64,000 nucleotides of DNA from Eremomyces bilateralis CBS 781.70. Lineage: Eukaryota. The notes beneath the pieces are model-generated. The model was not told the DNA's origin. It worked only from the letters and a program-made list of their open reading frames with translations, and made no database searches. The DNA is taken from NCBI GenBank assembly GCA_010015585.1, contig ML975167.1; one strand, given 5' to 3'. The position numbers were made by a program, and so were the translations under genes. Positions 50,370-61,410 of this stretch are shown here, one piece after another (position 1 is the first letter of the stretch; each line of letters starts with the position of its first letter).

Positions 50370-51162
50370 TCAGCCTTGTTTCAATACTTTCTGCGCAAGC
50401 GCTTCCTGCTCTTGAACTACCAAGCCCTGCTCATCGACTTCTGTAATGGCTCTTCCAACAGCCATTGTCCTTTGAATATCATTCGCGTCCACCCACAGAT
50501 ATCCATTCCTACCGACCGCAACTTCAAATCCCCACTTCTCTCCCAACCGATCCAGGATTATAATCTTTGCATCTTCCTTAGCCCTCTTACTGGTCATGAG
50601 CAATCGCCTCGCCATGCCAAGACTAATCTTGAATAACATGCCGCCTTTCAACGGTCCTAACCCTTCCGATTTTCCGGTCGAGGGATCGATACATGTCAGT
50701 TCCGGGTCGATATGGAGTAAGTGAGCGGCGGGGGTCGCAATGCGCGCATAAACCAGAGCTCCATTGGCAAGTTGGGGGCGCGTCTTTTTCGTTGCATCCT
50801 GGAATGAGAGGTGCGGTAGAGCAGCATAGGACGTATACGGTGTGATCTGGCAGTTGAATGCTTCGCCCGACGAACCAGTAACACGAACTATTATGGGATC
50901 GTTGGTTGACGGGAGATACTAATAGCTGCGTTAGATTGCTGTCGGGATACTCTCAGGAGTTACATACACGTCCACCATTGACATCCATCCATGCTGCATT
51001 CCGTCTCCAGTCGACATTGAGCGCTCCCACTGAGGTGGCCGAAATGGTAGAGGGAGGAATATGTCGAAGGCCAGGGCCAATTGAGAGGGCTTTCTTAGGA
51101 TTCGAAGGGAGCTGCTCTTGGGGGACCTCATCCCCAGGAAGAAGGACGTCGGAATATGCCAT
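50370..51162 (-). CDS. RRP40: Exosome complex component Rrp40
   Basis: VLLPGD..IGPGL, YIPTTNDPIIVR, KRRAPNL, GLGPLKGGM, FEVAVGRNGYLWV; one intron. Confidence 0.9.
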
Positions 51163-51448
51163 TGGATCAGGGTATCGCCTTCAAGTCGCTGCAAAATCGT
51201 CGGACGTCGTCAGAAATACTGGTGCTCTGGTAGGCATGAATGATGAAGCAGACCCAGAGCGCTTTAGGCGTCTGGCGCATCAGGAATTGGAAATGAGTCA
51301 TGCTTGAACAACACTTTCCTGCCCCACTACCCTGCATGACTCAATCTCTTACATTCGGCATCAAACAGTCACTCGCCCATCAACGATACTCAACTTCGTT
51401 TTGAATTGTCAATCAAAGAATCTAGAAGAATTCAATATATAATCCAAC

Positions 51449-53152
51449 ATGGCTGACGAGGCGGACAAAGGCCCCTCCAAGAACGCCCTTAAAAAGGCCG
51501 CCAAGGAAGCGGAAAAGGTATGATTTGGCTCTCCCACACCTTTCAACCAAAACTGACCTGTTGATACAGGCGGCCAAAAAAGCTGCCAAAGCCGCAACTG
51601 CCCAACAGCAACAGGCTGCGGAACCTGAAATCCCCGTCGAGCAATTAGCGGAGTACTTTGGTGAACTTGCCCTCGCCGGACCGCTGAATGTCCCCGCGCC
51701 GACGACGACGCTGGAGAAGTTGCCGGCTTCGGGTGAAGTCATCCTTCGGGCCGCTGTCTACAATGCGCGGAAGCAGAGCGCAAAGCTCGTGTTCCTGAAT
51801 CTACGACAGGGGCTGTCAAGCATACAAGCAGTTTTGTTTGCGAATACCCCGGAGACCAAGGCGATGGTGAAATGGGCTGCGAATATTCCTGTAGCTTCGA
51901 TCGTGCTTGTGCATGGCGAAGTCAAAGCCTCCCCCGAGAAGATCGCGAGCGCTACCATCGATGACCGCGAGCTCCATATTACGAATATCCACGTGGTCTC
52001 GAGAGCTGTGGAAAGGCTACCGATCCAGGTTGAAGACGCGGAAAGACCGATCCCGGCCGACGATGCGCCAGTGCAAGAAACCAAGGAGGGTGAACGCCCT
52101 ATCCTGTCACTTCCCGCACGTCTAAACAATCGTGTGATCGACCTGAAGGCCATTCCGAATAAAGCCATTTTCCGCATTCGACATGGCATTGTTTCGCTCT
52201 TCCAAGAGCACTTGACGTCGAAGGGTTTCGTTGGAATCCAGACGCCGAAACTGATCCCAACCGCTTCAGAGGGTGGCAGCAATGTCTTCGAAGTCACATA
52301 CTTTGACAGGAAGGCATACCTTGCGCAGTCACCTCAACTCTACAAGCAAATGGTGATTGCTTCCGGTTTCGAGCGTGTCTTCGAGGTTGGCCCGGTGTTC
52401 CGAGCAGAGAACTCCAACACAAGCAGACATTTGACTGAATTCACCGGACTTGACATGGAAATGGAATTCGATGAAGATTATCACGACGTTATCACCACGC
52501 TTGAGAATTTGATGTTGTTCATCTTCAAAGGACTCAACACAACCTACAAGCGCGAAACGGAATTGCTCCAGGGTATGTACGGCGTGGAGCCGTTCAAGCT
52601 GCCGGAAGAAGGGCAAGTGCCTCGCCTGAAGTATCCTGAGGCTATCGCGATGTTGCGCGAAGCCGGCGAAGAACTTGGTGACTACGATGATCTCACGTAA
52701 TCTTGCTCCAAATCTACTATCCTGAAAATTACTGACCTTGCCACAGCACTCCACAGGAGAAACACCTTGGTCGTCTCGTCCTTGCGAAATACAATACCGA
52801 CTTCTACGTGCTCGACAAATTCCCTACCTCCGTCAGACCATTCTACACCATGCCTGATCCGGAAAATCCAAAATACTCCAACAGCTACGATTTCTTCATG
52901 CGCGGTCAAGAAATCCTGTCCGGAGCGCAGCGTATTCACGACGCGCCTTTCCTGAGGAAGCGGATGGCAGCAATGGACCCTCCCGTGCCGGAGAAGGGTG
53001 CGGAAGCCTACATCGAGGCGTTCGAGTATGGATGCTCAAGGCACGGTGGTGGCGGGATTGGTCTGGAGCGGATTGTCACGTTTTGGTTGGGCCTTCCCAA
53101 TATCAGGATGGCAACGCTTTTCCCCCGCGATCCTCAGAGGATTGCTCCCTAA
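51449..53152 (+). CDS. DPS1: Cytosolic aspartyl-tRNA synthetase
   Basis: OB-fold (LVFLNLRQ), [62 protein letters not shown]; 2 introns. Confidence 0.95.
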
Positions 53153-53293
53153 GGTGGTCAACATGGTAGCTTGTAAGACTGGTTGAAGTGGTATGAGGCC
53201 AGATGGGCTAAATGGGTATTACGCGATCTCGAGCGCTGATTGGCAGTAATCACCCTGCAAAGTGCAAATAGCCTTCCCAAAGAATGAACAATA

Positions 53294-55105
53294 AGTTCAA
53301 CCCCCTGTCAAGTAGCCAACCACTCGAGTAGCCAGTATCACCATCTCAACCTCCATCGGTCAGACAGCAATATCTCTACTAAAACATATTATATTTGGAA
53401 ATCTATACAGCATGATTCAAAAGATACAGCTTGGAGAGACTCTGATGTAGATTTGGCCTCCGAAATTGGATGTCTTCGTTGGTAATCTTCCTCTACCGCT
53501 CGTACAGCTTCTTGTGCCAATTTGATCTCCCGAACTTGCGCAAACCTCTGATTAAGATCTATCTGAACTTTCTTTTTACGTTTTGGTGCTGTAGCAGCAT
53601 CAAGGCGTGCCTGTAAGCCCGCGATTTTCAGATCTGATGAGGCCTGACGCGCCTGTAGCACTCCGATCGCCTTGGCTGCCTTCTCTATATACGACTTCGT
53701 CGTCTTTGCCACGCGTGTATTCTTGCTAAGAACGCGTAATGCACTCTGTACCTGTTTTGGCTTGTAGGGCGTCGTCTGGAGAACGGAGGGGACTGGTATG
53801 GGGGTGCGTGGAGGCGTGTTTGGTGGTGGAATTGGTGGTGCGGTTACGGTAGGCGGTGACGGTACAACGAAGCGGTTACTGAGGCCCTTTGACCGGTCAA
53901 ACGGCACAAGTCCTGCAGCCTTCCACCCAGATCTGATTGTACGGTCGGTTAGGCGTGCCTGACGTGCCTCTGCATAGAGGACAATGAATCTCCGTCGTTT
54001 AATCGGTAGGGCCTCGTCGATATACGCGCTTTGGCGGAGGAGGGTCTTATAAAAGCGTTTTAGAGGCGAAAAACAGGCGAGATCCAGAGGTTGAAGGATA
54101 TGGGAGGTATGTGCAGGTAGGAAGACCACGATTACGTTGTTTATCTTGCATTCGTACAAGAAATCGATGGTTGCGTGGCTACCGTGCCCGTCCATTAGCA
54201 GAATCCGGTACTGCCGCTGTGTAGCGGTTTCAGGCAGGAAAACCGTACGGAGCCAAACCAACGCGTGTTGATTTGAAGTCCAGCCGTTCTCTGATACCGT
54301 ATAATGGAAGTCTGGAGGTTGTTCAGGGAACCAAGAAGACTGTAACGTGGCGCCTTTCTGTATAATCGCTGGTCTGATGTACTGGCCGGTCGCGGAGACA
54401 GTTTCAACGATACTAATCCATTCGCGGCCCATAGGACTAGTGATATAGGCCGTTGACTTCTGCGAGTCTGCGATAACCGTAGAATTAGCGCAAATCCCTA
54501 GTCCTATACCAACCTCATCCATATTCCAGGTATCAGAGGGGTGGACATCGTACTGAGTTTGAACTTGGTGAAAATACGTGTAGAACGCGTCGATTGTATC
54601 CTTAGTTGCAGCCTGACGTCGGGCAACATCAAGACTACGCCCGATACAGGTCGCAACGCGTGGATTACGGTGTAGGAAACGCGTTACCCAGTTCTTCCCG
54701 AGGGGCGTTGAGTCTCCTTGGAGGCGTAGAACTCGAGATGCCATTTCGCGAAGCCGTGCGTGAGTAGGGGGGAATCCTTGAGCGTCATTTTCAAGTATCC
54801 AGTCGACTAAAAAGGATTCTTGGTCCGGTGTAAGGCGTTGGCGAGATTGTTGAGCTACTACGCGTGGTAGGCGGCCTTTTAAGCGGGTTTGAAGGGTGCG
54901 TCGGTTGACCTTGAATAGCGCCGCAGCTTCGTTTTGTGATTTGCATTGACCGGTCTGTAAGGCATCAATAGCCTGTTGGACCGGGTCTTCCGAGTTTGGT
55001 ATCATGATATTGTACGGTGGTGGAGATATCGCGGTTAGAGAGATGGTGATAGAGGTGGTGATACTGGCTACTCGAGTGGTTGGCTACTTGACAGGGGGTT
55101 GAACT
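53294..55105 (-). mobile_element. Intact Fot1/pogo-type (Tc1-mariner superfamily) DNA transposon, 1812 bp
   Basis: Perfect 50-bp TIRs (53294-53343 and 55056-55105) with an internal AGTAGCCA direct repeat; TA TSD at 53292-53293 and 55106-55107. Confidence 0.96.
53389..55005 (-). CDS. Pogo/Fot1 transposase (HTH_psq/CENP-B HTH + DDE_1)
   Basis: 538-aa open frame; WNMDEVG, LMDGHGSH, PAHTSHILQPLD catalytic motifs; GKNWVTRFLHR. Confidence 0.95.
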   Translation of the reverse strand: MIPNSEDPVQQAIDALQTGQCKSQNEAAALFKVNRRTLQTRLKGRLPRVVAQQSRQRLTPDQESFLVDWILENDAQGFPPTHARLREMASRVLRLQGDSTPLGKNWVTRFLHRNPRVATCIGRSLDVARRQAATKDTIDAFYTYFHQVQTQYDVHPSDTWNMDEVGIGLGICANSTVIADSQKSTAYITSPMGREWISIVETVSATGQYIRPAIIQKGATLQSSWFPEQPPDFHYTVSENGWTSNQHALVWLRTVFLPETATQRQYRILLMDGHGSHATIDFLYECKINNVIVVFLPAHTSHILQPLDLACFSPLKRFYKTLLRQSAYIDEALPIKRRRFIVLYAEARQARLTDRTIRSGWKAAGLVPFDRSKGLSNRFVVPSPPTVTAPPIPPPNTPPRTPIPVPSVLQTTPYKPKQVQSALRVLSKNTRVAKTTKSYIEKAAKAIGVLQARQASSDLKIAGLQARLDAATAPKRKKKVQIDLNQRFAQVREIKLAQEAVRAVEEDYQRRHPISEAKSTSESLQAVSFESCCIDFQI

Positions 55106-55413
55106 TAGAACAAAAATCAAGTTCCACTCCTCTGTCTGCCAATCCAAGCCACATGCGGAGAAGCTTTTGGAATGATGCTCTGATTGGAACATTTCACCTA
55201 ACAATGAAGGCGTCATCGCACGTGCTTAAACTTGTTCATATCTATCATTCTCCTCGCCCACATTAAGCAGATGCCGTATAAGGATGAGAGTCCCCGATTG
55301 GGGCCTCGAGTTAATTTATATTCTAGATTCGGAATATTCGAGTATCCGGACAAGGCATTGAGATTTTAACTCTTGGATTTTCGGTCATACAGCACGATAC
55401 AAGTAAGGCAAAC

Positions 55414-55990
55414 ATGGCATCCAAGATTCAGGAGAACCTCGAGCAAAGCAACAATGTATATATCACCACCTTCACCGAAGGTCACCTTGCGCTTCCGCCA
55501 GCGAAAAAATACGCCGTCTGTAAGTTGCCCATCACCTCCCCGGGGCATTGTATCCACGCTCGACTGTGCTCGACTGACCCAGAGAGTGACATGCATGGAC
55601 GCCCGCATCGACCCAGCAAGAGCATTTGGAATCAATCTCGGGGACGCTCACGTCATTCGCAACGCTGGTGCATCTGCGAAAGATGCTCTTCGATCACTCG
55701 TCATCTCCGAGCAGTTGCTCGGAACCCAAGAGATCCTGTTGATCAAACATACCGGTTGCGGCATGTTGACCTTCAAGAACGAGGACGCTCACGCGGCTGT
55801 CCGAACCAATTTGGGAGAGGCGGCCGCGGCGGAGATTGGTGGGCTGGATTTCCTCCCTTTCCCAGAGCTGGAGGAGGCGGTTCGTGAGGATGTGCGCTTT
55901 TTGAAGGGGAGTAAGGTAATTCCGGAGGCTGTGACGATCAGTGGATGGGTCTATGAGGTCGAGACTGGAAAGGCAAGAAGGGTTGTCTAG
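55414..55990 (+). CDS. Beta-class carbonic anhydrase
   Basis: TCMDARIDP, HVIRNAG, KHTGCGM zinc ligands, SGWVYEVETG; one intron. Confidence 0.93.
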
Positions 55991-56706
55991 AGTTGTCGTT
56001 TTTCAGGCGCGGATTGGAAATCGGGTTGAATTGAGCTATCATACGGTTATGAACACTTAATGAGCCCCTGGCGCCTTTCTCGAGTTAAGGGAGTCTTTGG
56101 ACTTACTGCTGTTAAATATACGATACCCCATTCATGGCAACATTTCCAAGACCGGGCAAGGGTATGGTGCAGTAAATGTATATAAGATTTAATATCTATG
56201 TATTTCCGGATTCGACTCCTGCCTGGGTGACTATGGAGATTTTCTTTCGGTGCGTGTCAGTACCTCGTTGCAAACATCAGACACTCTGATTTTGGCCAAT
56301 ATTTGAGCGCATGGAGATATCGCACACATTGCTGGACATCAGACAGTTTGGTGTCCTTCTTTACACCAGGTGTGACTAGTATTAAGGGATTAAGGTTGCA
56401 TTAGTTGATACAGGCATAACTAACTACAGCAACTTGCTTAGTAGTCCGCATCACTTGACTCTCACACAATCCTATCCACAATGGTCTAGAAGCCAGTCCA
56501 TAATCAAAACTACCATGCATAATGGCATTATTCTCGCGCTGTCAAATCTCTATCAGCTTTCAAATTTTGTTCTGCATGCAATCTACATTCTACACGATGA
56601 GCCGTATGTGCACTGCTGCTAGGGTTCATACTTCATGGTTCATAAATGAGATAAAGTTTCGAAGAGCTACAGTAGACGCTCTGATGTTGACCCCCATATT
56701 ATGCTA

Positions 56707-57477
56707 TCACTGCGGAGGTAACTGACACGTCTCCCAGTCGAGAGCAAGAATCTGAGTGAAATTTGTGTCAATCGCACCGCCTTGGATGAGTCCTCTCGAC
56801 TGGAATGTAGTATCCTTTGAGATGAGTCCAATGTCCAAAACAACATTGAAAAATGTTAGTTGGTCAGGTTCTGCACATGGCGACCACTTGGGAGTGTCTT
56901 CGAAGAGATTAAGACTGAAGTCTTCTGCCATCGGGCCGTACATGGACTTCGAAAGCGTACTCTGTGATAGGTGTAAGCGCATTACCATGCGTGTAGTGGT
57001 CAAGAACGGATATACCTCATCGAGACGATCCTGGAAGCCATAACTTGTAGATATCTTCCCAGTCACCATTGGCTCGAGATAGCAGTATCCCCAGAATCGG
57101 CAATTCTCCACCTTGAAGGTATATCCGGCCGGCACTTCCAACCGAGCCTGGACAATGCACTTCTTCGAGTCGCTTGACCGTGGAGTGGAAGGGTCGAGTG
57201 ATGCCATCATATTGTCCGTGTCGAAAATCCAATTTAGCTGGCGGTTGTCCTGTGAGATGGCGATAGAGTAATCATCATCGTTGCAGATGTCTGCCGCTCC
57301 TATCATCTGGCCGTCGGGGAGGAGAGACGCCACATCACCAGAAGAAATATATCGTGAAAGACCAGGAGACGATGCTGTAGATAATGTGACGGAGCCCGGT
57401 GGTGGAACATTGCCTTGGCCATATGCGAGATAGGATAACCCACAGGCGGCGAGGAAGAAATGAGAACTGGGACGCAT
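56707..57477 (-). CDS. Secreted DUF4360-like protein
   Basis: Signal-peptide-like MRPSSHFFLAACGLSYLAYG; ISQDNRQLNWIFD..KKC..VPAGYTF..GYCYL..STSYGF..KWSPC pattern; probable in-frame intron 56962-57015. Confidence 0.7.
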   Translation of the reverse strand: MRPSSHFFLAACGLSYLAYGQGNVPPPGSVTLSTASSPGLSRYISSGDVASLLPDGQMIGAADICNDDDYSIAISQDNRQLNWIFDTDNMMASLDPSTPRSSDSKKCIVQARLEVPAGYTFKVENCRFWGYCYLEPMVTGKISTSYGFQDRLDEVYPFLTTTRMVMRLHLSQSTLSKSMYGPMAEDFSLNLFEDTPKWSPCAEPDQLTFFNVVLDIGLISKDTTFQSRGLIQGGAIDTNFTQILALDWETCQLPPQ

Positions 57478-58396
57478 GGCTTCTGGGCGCAGTATAAGAT
57501 GTTCCGGGAAAGGACAAACAAGCAGGTGAGAGCTTAAACGGAACACTTGCAGATACAAATCTGAGCAGGATGCATGCGAAATAGCGGACTGAAGAGGAAC
57601 TGGAACACTGACAAGACACACGAGCGACCTTACCCTCTCTGATATTTATATGGGACGGAACCGCGGAAATCCAGATTAGAGAACACTGCCACCGCATAAG
57701 CGGTAATTTCTCAAACAGCCCAAGACGCCACGGTAGGGTGAGGGCCTTGCAGAATGTACGATACATGAATTGAGACAATACCCAAAGGGTGTGGTATATT
57801 GAGGTAAGCAGAAGGCTTCGTGATGTTGGGTATAGAACCGTAGTCCATCCACATTATCCGGAACTTTGACAAGAGAACCGAACCATAGGAAGGCGGAGGA
57901 ATATCTGACAGGTACAATAGGGCATGAGAGGCTGAGTATCATTCCTTCAGTCATCCATTAATTTCCGGCGTTCAGGTTATCCCAAAGAACGCCATACAAT
58001 AATTGCAGTAATCATGAAAAGGTCGGGTTACCATAGCCAGCTGTCTAAATTGGGCCAGAGGATTGATTGAGGAATTTAAAATAGTGAGAGGCTGTGGCCG
58101 TTCCATGCGGGATGATTTTGGTGCAATATATTCCAAACATTGCCCTTTCTAAAACCCTTGCAAAATTCGCATCCTGCAAAGACAAAACCAATATTCTAGA
58201 ACGTCGGAAGACTCCATAGGTCGTGGGAGCCGGCCTGTGCAGTGTTTCGTTCGTGATGAATCATTGGCTCGTTGTTGCCTTGGTCGACAGGACAGAGATG
58301 CAGCTGGCACTTCACTCCCTGATTCATATAGGGATGACAATGAATTCAAGGATGGCTGTTCCTGCAGACGTACCCCGTAACGGAGTTGGTCTAATT

Positions 58397-60271
58397 TTAC
58401 CACATGAACCTTTGCAGATTCCCTGGCTCCTGCGGCCAGATGAAGCCCTTATAGAGAAACAAGTAGCCTGTCACAGAATTGACGACTGCAAACCAGAGGG
58501 TCTCCAGGATCAGGACGATTCGCTGATCCATGATAGCTGCTTCGACCTTGCGGAGAAAAGATTGCTCCGCCACTGCACTCGTTGCCGCTGCTCTTGAGGA
58601 CTTGGCCGCAATTCCACCAATAGAGGGCAGATGGTATCTCCATAGCACCCAAGGAATAATGAAATATCGAGGCTCCACCAAGGGGACCGTTACCAAACAA
58701 AGCGTGCATGCAATGAGCCAAGCCAGGACGAAGCTCACGGTGCAAGGAGGCGAGGAATTGTCCTTGGTACGCCGAACTCGGACCGTCTTTTCCGACAAGT
58801 GTTTCGGATCCAGCGGCGCGTCGATTATTTCAGAGGAGCGGTTGCCCAGGGCTCGTAAAGCAAGCCAGCCGCAAAAGACGTAAATAGGCGTCACAATATA
58901 CTTGATGGCAACGTGCCGCCGAAGGATCCGAAACACATAGAAGACATAATGGCGATTGTCCGCCAATATGAAAGGGTGAATAACCGTGTTGTAATGGACG
59001 GCAACGAGAGCTAAGTTCAAAACTAGTGACATAGCCCAGATGTTTGGAAAGGACTTCCTTGTAAGGCTAGTATAGAGCGCAGGGATGCATATTGGCCATG
59101 AGAAGAACACGATATAAGGCCAAATATAAAGCATCTGGGGAAAGTGAAGGGTAATAACATGGTTCGTCTTGTCCCCTGTAAAGATCTTAGTACAATTATT
59201 TTCTTAACGCGGATAGCACGACGTACCGAGAACGACACCGCCATTTAGATAGACAGATGTGCAGAAGATCAAAAGCAAAGCCACGTAAGGGATGACAGCG
59301 GACAATAAGATGCGGAATCTCCGGATAGCAACAATGCAGACTGAGAGGGTGGCTTTGGGGTAGTCTAGACACATTCAGAAACGTCCACCAGGGCCAGCAA
59401 GGCGGTCTCACCGACTATCTCAGCAAACTCCACAGGGGGATCATAAACTATCAGCGACTCCCAGCTGCAGCGGATAACATCTCCAACACTTCGGACACAG
59501 CGATCCGTCTCTCGGCCGCCATAGTCCTCACTCTTAAGGAATTCAAAAGCTGTGCTGATCGCTGGAAATATTCCAACCCAGATGATGTTCGTTTGTCTGC
59601 AAAGCAATGCAAATAATCCCAGTGTAATGAGCAGGGACACACGGAGTAGATTGCCTTGCGGCGTTCCGTCTTTTGAGGTCAATGCTGTCAAGCGAGCATA
59701 ATGAATCTTCAAGAACAGCAGCACGGCGAGAGTGGATATAATATCAGTGTAGAACAAGCCCGAGAAGAAGAACAGTGGAGGAAATAGAGCGATGTTGAGT
59801 GCGGTCTGAGTCGCAACGCCAGTCCTTGAACTCCGAGACCGTATTTTGACTTGCGGTTCGAATCCAGTATGACTTAAAACAATGAACATAAGAACAAGGC
59901 AGATAATATTTAGTGCCCTTAGTGTTGGGATAGAGCAGCCTCCAAGAAGATGAGCGTAAGGGAGCGCAGCTAAATACCTGAGGCAGGTTAGCGATGTCCT
60001 TGGAAAACTAGTGGTCACGCACAAGCCCGGAGGTGTAGTGATTTTGGGATCCCATTGCTTGAAGTTCCCGTCGCAATACGCTTTAGCCTGACGAACATGG
60101 AAGACCTCGTCCTTGAAGCAACATTAGCAGATCCAATCATGAGCATCCGCTCGCAAAGATACCAACACTTACCAAGTATGGCGCGGGAACAATGTCGTTC
60201 ACATAAGCACACCAGATCGAGCAGGCGCCCACAAGGGCAATGCCAGGCCAGAATGTTGTTGAAGTTATCAT
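58397..60271 (-). CDS. ALG10: Alpha-1,2-glucosyltransferase Alg10/Die2
   Basis: VPAPYL-DEVFHVRQ, WDPKITTPPGL, FYTD, RQTNIIW, NGGVVL, HPFILADNRHYVFY, PLVEPRYFIIP, QRFMW. Confidence 0.93.
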
Positions 60272-60427
60272 GGGATATGCATACCAGTATTATATTGAGA
60301 TGATTGTCCGAGAATTTTAGGAGCAAATAGACTCGGATGGTTATAGTAGTATTTAATGTTGACGTTGTGGTTCTTTGGTGGCTCACTTGACGTTGATCTC
60401 CCGACATACCCCTGTCCCCTCTCACCA

Positions 60428-60460
60428 ACGCGTTGAAGCTTAAACCTTTCGAAAACGCGT
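60428..60460. promoter_or_regulatory. Two MCB (ACGCGT) cell-cycle boxes in the ALG10/PSF2 divergent promoter
   Basis: ACGCGT at 60428-60433 and 60455-60460, 50-80 bp upstream of the replication gene PSF2. Confidence 0.55.
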
Positions 60461-60507
60461 GTCATGTAACTTCCCGTTCCTCTTCAAAGCTCGCGCTGAG
60501 AGTTAAA

Positions 60508-61410
60508 ATGGCATTACCTCTACCGCCCGGTCTAACGCCGGCAGAAGTCGCATTTCTGTGCGAGATGGAAATGGTGACAATAGTCCCGCGACAGCGACTG
60601 GACGGACTAGAGTTACTCGGAGTGAGTGGACCCTATCACTAGAGGTGCACAAGGTGGGAGGGTTCCCGTATGTCTCCTCTACCAGTTACCGTCAATTGCT
60701 TCAACTTCTATGCGTTCGGTCCGGCTAAATCTCAATGTAGGGATCGATCCCGCCGCTACAACCGCCCCGTCGAACGGACATCCCACTGTGGCTTGCATTG
60801 CTTCTGAAGCGGCAGAACCGCGCCAATATCGTCCCTCCACCATGGCTACTCCCGGCCTCCCTCGCGAACATCCTCGACGTCGAGACTGAGATGACGGAAG
60901 CCTTCTCAAGTCCTCCCCCGTTACCTCCATCCGCGAAAGGTTCCGAGCCGATCAGCCCGCCCTTTCAACCCTCATGTACGGCCGATGCTTCCGCACATGC
61001 CCTGCCATATCACTGGCTAGAAGTCGGAGAAGTACTACTCGATGCTGCTTCGGATGACTTTGAAGAACCGGATTTGGTGAGGCGACTCATCAGAGACATC
61101 CGGGAAGTGCGGTTGTCTAAGCTACGGGCAGGCGTGGAAGTGCTGGACGCTGGTGGCGGAGTACAGATGAATGGTGTCGGTGGATTGGAGGTGGCAGAGG
61201 GAAGAGCCTTCATAGGCGGAGTTATAGACAACTTACGGTAAGTGGAATGATTCTTGGACCTGCTACATCTCACCATCTGGGTTACTAATCGACAATAGGA
61301 AGCTGGGAGCTTCCAAGGAACAGACTCGGAAGGAAAGAGAGGCGGAAGAAGAAAGAAACGGATATTCTGGTGCTGGCGCCGACGATTATGATGACGACAT
61401 GGAGCTGTAG
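60508..61410 (+). CDS. PSF2: GINS complex subunit Psf2
   Basis: [57 protein letters not shown]; 2 introns. Confidence 0.95.
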
